Shown in pieces: positions 58,087 to 64,000 of a stretch of 64,000 nucleotides of DNA (its first letter is position 1; the number at the start of each line of letters is the position of its first letter). Position numbers and translations under genes: made by a program. Under the pieces are notes generated by a model. The model saw only the letters and a program-made list of their open reading frames with translations. It made no database searches and was not told the DNA's origin. Origin of the DNA: the human T2T-CHM13v2.0 reference genome, Homo sapiens; NCBI RefSeq assembly GCF_009914755.1, contig NC_060928.1; one strand, given 5' to 3'.

Positions 58087-58505
58087 TGTATTAGTCTGTT
58101 CTCGACTGCTATAAAGAAATACCTGAGACTAAATAATTTATAAAGAAAAGAGGTTTAATTGGCTTATGGTTCCACAGGCTGTACAGAAAGCATGGCAGCA
58201 TCTGCTTCTAGGGAGGCCTCAGGGAGCTTACAATCCTGGTGGAAGGTGAAAGAGAAGCATGCACATCTTACATGGCCAGAACGGGGGGAAGAGAGAGAGG
58301 GGCAGAGGTGCTGCACACTTTTAAACAACCACATCTTAAGAGAATTCACTCACCATCACAAAAACCCCACTGAGGGGACGGCACTAAACCGTTCACGAAG
58401 GATCCGCCCCAATGATCTAATTACCTCCCACCAGGCTCCACATCTAACATTAGGGGTACAATTTAACACGAGATTTGGATGGGGACACAGATCCAAGCCA
58501 TCTCA
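58087..58505 (-). mobile_element. MST (MSTA/B-like) solo LTR
   Basis: tgtattagtctgttctc...aaagaggtttaattggc...ggggacacagatccaagccatctca; TSD tgtat/ggtat. Confidence 0.88.
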
Positions 58506-59950
58506 GGTATTAACCATGCTGTGTTATTATAATGTTTAGATGTAAAAGAGTCTTATCGAGAAAGTGATTTTAGATAATATACACAGGAAAAAATACATTT
58601 TATTTACTATAAATACAAATACCATCCCTTACACATATTAACGTACCACATTAATTAATACATTTGATAGAAGTAATTTACGTATTTAGCTTTTCCAAAA
58701 AAGCTTCCTAGAAATTTGTCCCTTAATAATTTTTTCAAAATTCATGTTGTTCTTATTGAAGATCTTTAAATTTATCACATTGTGTTAGAATAAAAGATCT
58801 GATGCAGACTAGGAAAGACTGAAAAACAATTTCAGCAAATGCTATTTGTTTATTGTATGGTTCTTCGTTGTTTTACTTTACATATTTGTACAAAGTCTTT
58901 ACTACTTCTATTCACCTTAAAAAATGCCCTGAAAAATAAAAACAGCAATGTTGCAGTTTAGTGTTCCACTACATTTTTTTAAATGTTATGTAGAGTCTAA
59001 ATCCAATCATCCTTATATATTTTATGTCCTATCTTGTCTCTCAATCTTCTACTCCTATCATTCTCTATTTGTCCTTCTTGGCATTTTGGTGTTATAACTA
59101 AGGGTTATTTCTGCTCATGGTGGCATTTTTCAGATGATGTCCAGGTGCATATCGACTGTTGTCACTTTATTCCTTGTTTAGGAAAGAATAAATCACCACT
59201 ACTTCTAAACATATTTTTCTCTAAATATATCATGTTTGATTTTTGGAAACTTTTTCATTTATACTTAAATATATTGATAAATAAATGTATATGAATATAT
59301 AAGAATAACATTGAACAAAACCTTCACAAAAATGTTAACATTTATATAATTAGATGGCATCAAAGTACTGTAAACTGCCATGCAAAGAGGCTTCTAAATT
59401 TAGATAGCTGGCAAATAATACAATTAAATAGAAAAAATACCATTCTCTCAAAGAGAAAGCAACACACACTGAAATATGCCAGAATCTCCCTGCCTTGTAA
59501 CTTCTCATTTATGATTGGCCATTTTGCTTGCCACATTATCTTGTACCATTATTCTCATATTTGTATATCTTGTTAATGTCAAAGATTCATATTTACAATC
59601 ACAGTTTTGAATAGTTAAGTTTTTTATCTCCATTTATTTGTGATATCACTTGTGCTTCCTACCTCAAGGAAGAAATGATAATAATAACATGCACTGACCA
59701 CTATATATGGGCCAGCACAATTCTAAGCACTTTCTATGGACTTTCCTTTTCTTTCTCCCCATAGTTTCTATTTCTTTTATTTCTGTGTCATATAAATAAA
59801 TCTGAGTCACAGAGAGGTTGAGCAAATAGCCAAAAGTTGCAGAATTATTAAGGATCAGAAAACTCCAAACTGGAAGCTTCAACAATCAATTAATAAGTAA
59901 GCTATACTGTATAGAGTAGATGCTTCAACTGTAGAAAATTGGGCATCATG

Positions 59951-60835
59951 TGTATTAGTTATCTATTTTTGCATAATATGATACTCCAAAACGTCGTGGC
60001 TTAAAACAACAAAATTTATTACCTCTGAGTCAAGAATGTTGGAATGGTTTAGCTCTGCGGTCCCCAACCTTTTTGGCACAAGAAACCAGTTTCATGGAAG
60101 ACAATTTTTCCATGATGGGGAGCGGGGATATGGTTTCTGAATGAAACCGTTCACCTCATTAGATTCTCATAAGGAGCGCACAACCTAGATCCCTCGCATG
60201 CACAGTTCACAATAGGGTTCACACTTCTGTGAGAATCTGATGCTAATGCTGATCTGGCAAGAGGTGGCGCTCAGGTGATAATGCTTGCTCACCCACTGCT
60301 CCCCTCCTGCTGTATGGCCCGGTTCCTAACAGGCCACAAACTGGTATTGGTCCATGGTGAGGGGGTTGGGGACCCCTGGTTTAGAGGGATGCTCTGACTC
60401 AGAATTTATCACAACCTTGAAATCCAGGTGTCTGCTTGGTCTGTTGTCTTTATTAAAGGTTCAGCTGGAAGAAAATCCTCTCATAAGCTCCCTCACATGG
60501 CTGTTGGCAGGCCTCAGAAGATTCAAGCTCATTCATGTTACTGTTGACAGGCTTGGGGTCTTTCTTGGATGCTGAGCAGAGATAATAGTTTGCCACTGGG
60601 GCACATACGGCTACTCCCAACATGGTAGCTGGTTTCTTTAGACAGAGGAAATGAGAGAGCAAGAAGGGAGACCAAGATGGAAGCCACAGTCTCTTTTAAC
60701 CTAATGTTGGAAGTAACACTTATCACTTTTACCATAATCTGTTTATTAGAAGTGAGTCACCAGGTCCAGCCCACATAAGAGGAGGAGGTTACACAAGAGG
60801 TGAGAATCACTGAGGTCCATCGTTGAGTCTGACCA
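59951..60835 (-). mobile_element. MLT1 (F/G/H-like) LTR interrupted by MER1B
   Basis: tgtattagttatctatt...ggcttaaaacaac; resumes after 60378 ...agagaccaagatggaagccacagtc...ccagcccacat. Confidence 0.7.
60055..60378. mobile_element. MER1B hAT-Charlie MITE
   Basis: terminal inverted repeats ggtccccaacc/ggttggggacc; internal ttagattctcataaggagcgcacaacctagatccc; 8-bp near-TSD gtttagct/gtttagag. Confidence 0.9.
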
Positions 60836-63161
60836 ATAATGGAACCTCTATTTTGATTTACACTCTGGTACAAAATAGTTATATGATTGAGCAAGTCACA
60901 ACCACTAATTTTCTCATTAAGTACATCATAATAACCTGCCTAACCAAATCTTGGGGCTACTGAAAGGATAAAAGAAAAATCATAGATATGAAAAGTTAAG
61001 ATCTTGATATAAATATGACTTAACTCTATTAGTATTTTTCAAAGACTGGGGATTATGACTAACTCATTTTGATTAGATCAAATCTCTTCTCCATTTTCTT
61101 CTTCCTCATACTGCACATCAATGCTAAATTATTCATTCTCATCTTATATCCATACATATGCAAATAACACCAAGAGCATGAAATAGCCAGAGGGAAGAAG
61201 ACTAAAATTTACGCAGCGTAAGTCATATGTTTGTTTCTGTGTTGGGCACTTCATATACTTGAGTTCATTAAATCCTCACAATCACTTCCTTGGCAGGTAG
61301 CCCCACTATTCTTTCTGTACCATACCGACTCCTAAGGAAAGAGTATAGCTAATGATCACAGAGAAATTCTGTTTTTCCCTTCACTTGCCCTCCAAGGCAA
61401 GCCCGTAATAGTGTTTTTCATTTTGCCCCATTCAGAAAACTTTAGAGATGCATAAAAGACCTCTTACTAATCTTGTCCATTTTTGTACCTCGTGGCAATA
61501 CTATAGTAAAACAAACAAACAAACAAAACAAAAAACCTGTAAATATCCTTCTATCTTTTTTTTCTAATTTCCAGAGAAAGAAAACTTCTTGTTTAACATG
61601 TACATTAGTTCAGTGAATGCAGCTCAGTGTCTCAGGCTCACCTCTAGGTTGCTTTCTATATATTTATGTCTTGGCTCAAGTTAAATCAAAATGCTTCCAA
61701 AATGGAAATAACACCTTTTATAACTTTTCGCAAATTATAAAACAATGAATGAAGCTCTCTCATATACACACATATATGCACACAACATATATAATATATT
61801 CACTCATATGCCTACACACAATTAAATCAAACATTGGGTGAAGGGCCTCATTATACTATAGTCTGTTCTGGAGCTGTGAGCTAATTCCAATGATTCTGAT
61901 ATATTTTGAAATGGCTGTGGGCCACCGTTTTTATAACTGCAGTGGAAGTCACTTTTACCAACCACAAAAGCCTCAAAATAAAATTTATCAACTTACTATT
62001 TGAATAAATGCGATACTATCTATCTTTATCACATATTTAATTCTCATAAACAGTCTCTGAATACTAATTGGCCATTTCAAGTAATCAATAGTACATTCAA
62101 GAGATGAAAGGAATTGTCACAAAAATTCTGCAAGTACTCTGAAATGGAAATCCAAGAAAGTTCAGAGCAATAGCAGTGCCATAGAAATAATTACACAGCT
62201 TTTTAAAGATGACAAATTTGGAGGTAGTTGTACTCATTATATGGTGCACTCTGATTTTCTAGCTTTCAAAAATAAGTCTTTAATAATTTTGCACCACAGT
62301 AAGCCCTACCTTAGAGAAGCGTGTTTCTCCATGAGAAGACAAGGCATGAACACTTTTATATTAAATAAATGTGTGGTTTATATGTGATTATATCCCATGC
62401 TGGTTAAGATAAAATTAATGGAATTACTTAGGACACTTTATATACTTCTGTATTTCCCATAGTTCCTTGTTAATTTCTAGGTATTAAGTAGGTAAATAAT
62501 ATGAGTTTAAACTGAATTTTATGCATGAAACTGGCTGATGAGCTACTCTGATATTTTCAGATGACACACACTAAATATTGCCATAACAATAAATTTAGAT
62601 AAAAATAAAACCACTTCCAAATTAGTTATATATTTTTAATGCTTCTTTTGAACAATTACTGAGTTTAGAAGAGCATGAACCAGTGCAATGAAACAGATTA
62701 CAATGTAGATAGAAAACCACAATTCCAGTCCCATCATTTCATCTAATGGGCTGAGTGGCCTTGAGTACCATTGATTTGCTTTCATGTGAACTAGTTTCCC
62801 TATCTGAAACTGGGAAACCTAAAATTACTGAACGTGTGTTCTCTAAGGGACCTGAAAGACATCTCATTAAAATCCCACATTTTACAGGGCACATATATTA
62901 AATAATGTAATAGGGCTCCAACTAGTTTGGTACCACCAAATAGAGACTGGTGTATGTGTTTCTTCAGCCTTTTCACTCCTAATCCCCATGATCAATTATT
63001 GAATTCAACATTTACTACATGCCTCAAAGACATACAATGCAAGTGCTGTAACATGACATAAAATAGATCTTACCGAGGACCATCAGTGAACTTCCTGGTA
63101 GTCTATATCTAAGCTAAACACTCCAGGCTGTTTCCATTTTATGATACGTATGTTAATATGT

Positions 63162-63824
63162 CATAATGGTTAACTTTTTGTGTCAAAATGACTGAGCCAC
63201 AAGATGCCTGATATTTGGTCCAACATTATTCTGAGTGTGTCCTGAGGGTGTTTGGGCATGAGATTAACATTTTAAATCAGTAAACTGAGTCAAGCAGATT
63301 GTCCTCCCTAATGTTGGTGGCCCTCAAACACTTAGTTGAAGGTCTGAAGAGAACAAAAGGGAATCTTTTTGTAAATGGGAATGGGAACTCCTCCAACCTA
63401 ACTGCTTGAGCTGAAACATTGGTTTTGCCTGGCCTTCAGATTCAGACTAAAACCTCAACTTTTCTTGAGTCTCGAGCCCAAAAACTTTTGAACTGAAACT
63501 TATACTATCAGCTCCTGGTTCTCAAGCCTCAAGCCTTTAGAGTTGGGCTGGTACTATGCATTGGTCCTCCAAGGTATCCAGCTTGCCAACTGCAGACTTT
63601 GGGACTTCTTAACCTCCAAAAGCACGTGGGCCAATTCTTTATAAACTCTCTCCCTCTCTCTCTTTGTCTCTATATATGTGTTTTGTACATATATGTATAT
63701 ATACATAAATGTATATATACTTGTATATACTATAAATATATATTAAATGTATATTATATCTATTTATCTATGATAAATATAAATTACGTAGGTTCAGTTT
63801 CTCTGCAGAACCCTAACTAATACA
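63162..63824 (+). mobile_element. MLT2 (B-like) ERVL LTR with an internal TA-rich tract (about 63670-63785)
   Basis: atggttaactttttgtgtcaa...aacattattctgagtgtgt...ggttcagtttctctgcagaaccctaactaataca. Confidence 0.85.
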
Positions 63825-64000
63825 GATATTAGGAAGAAAAGATGGCAAATTATGTGCTGGCCCTTAAATGCCTCCACTAGGAAGCGACTTGCATCATTTC
63901 TGCTCATATGTCTTTGGCCTGAGCAATTCATATGGCCACCCTGACTTCTACATTTCATGGAAGTACATTTCTTCCTATGCTTGACTATAGTCAGTGCACT

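Noticed and set aside
63670-63785. TA-rich self-complementary tract
   Set aside because: Ordinary low-complexity expansion at a position where MLT2 LTRs commonly carry one

Overview
This is AT-rich, CpG-poor, repeat-dense primate genomic DNA, probably human or another catarrhine: it carries AluJ/S/Y, L1PA, THE1, MER11 and LTR2 elements. It looks intronic or intergenic. I found no protein-coding gene, RNA gene, CpG island or prokaryotic-type system. The supplied ORFs are short, and most are read-throughs of repeats. The window is mainly a record of transposable-element history: about 12 Alu/FLAM copies, young and old L1 fragments, L2/MIR relics, a full-length THE1 provirus, many solo LTRs and hAT MITEs. 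The best second-look items are structural: an L1PA with a tiny twin-priming 5' inversion, a candidate ancient L1MA 3' transduction, two triple-nested insertions with intact TSDs, a candidate ~0.7 kb inversion splitting an MLT1B LTR, and a few exon-like units in repeat-poor DNA. Subfamily names come from recalled consensus sequences, not a search, and boundaries of old elements are approximate. I see no evidence of a new biological system.
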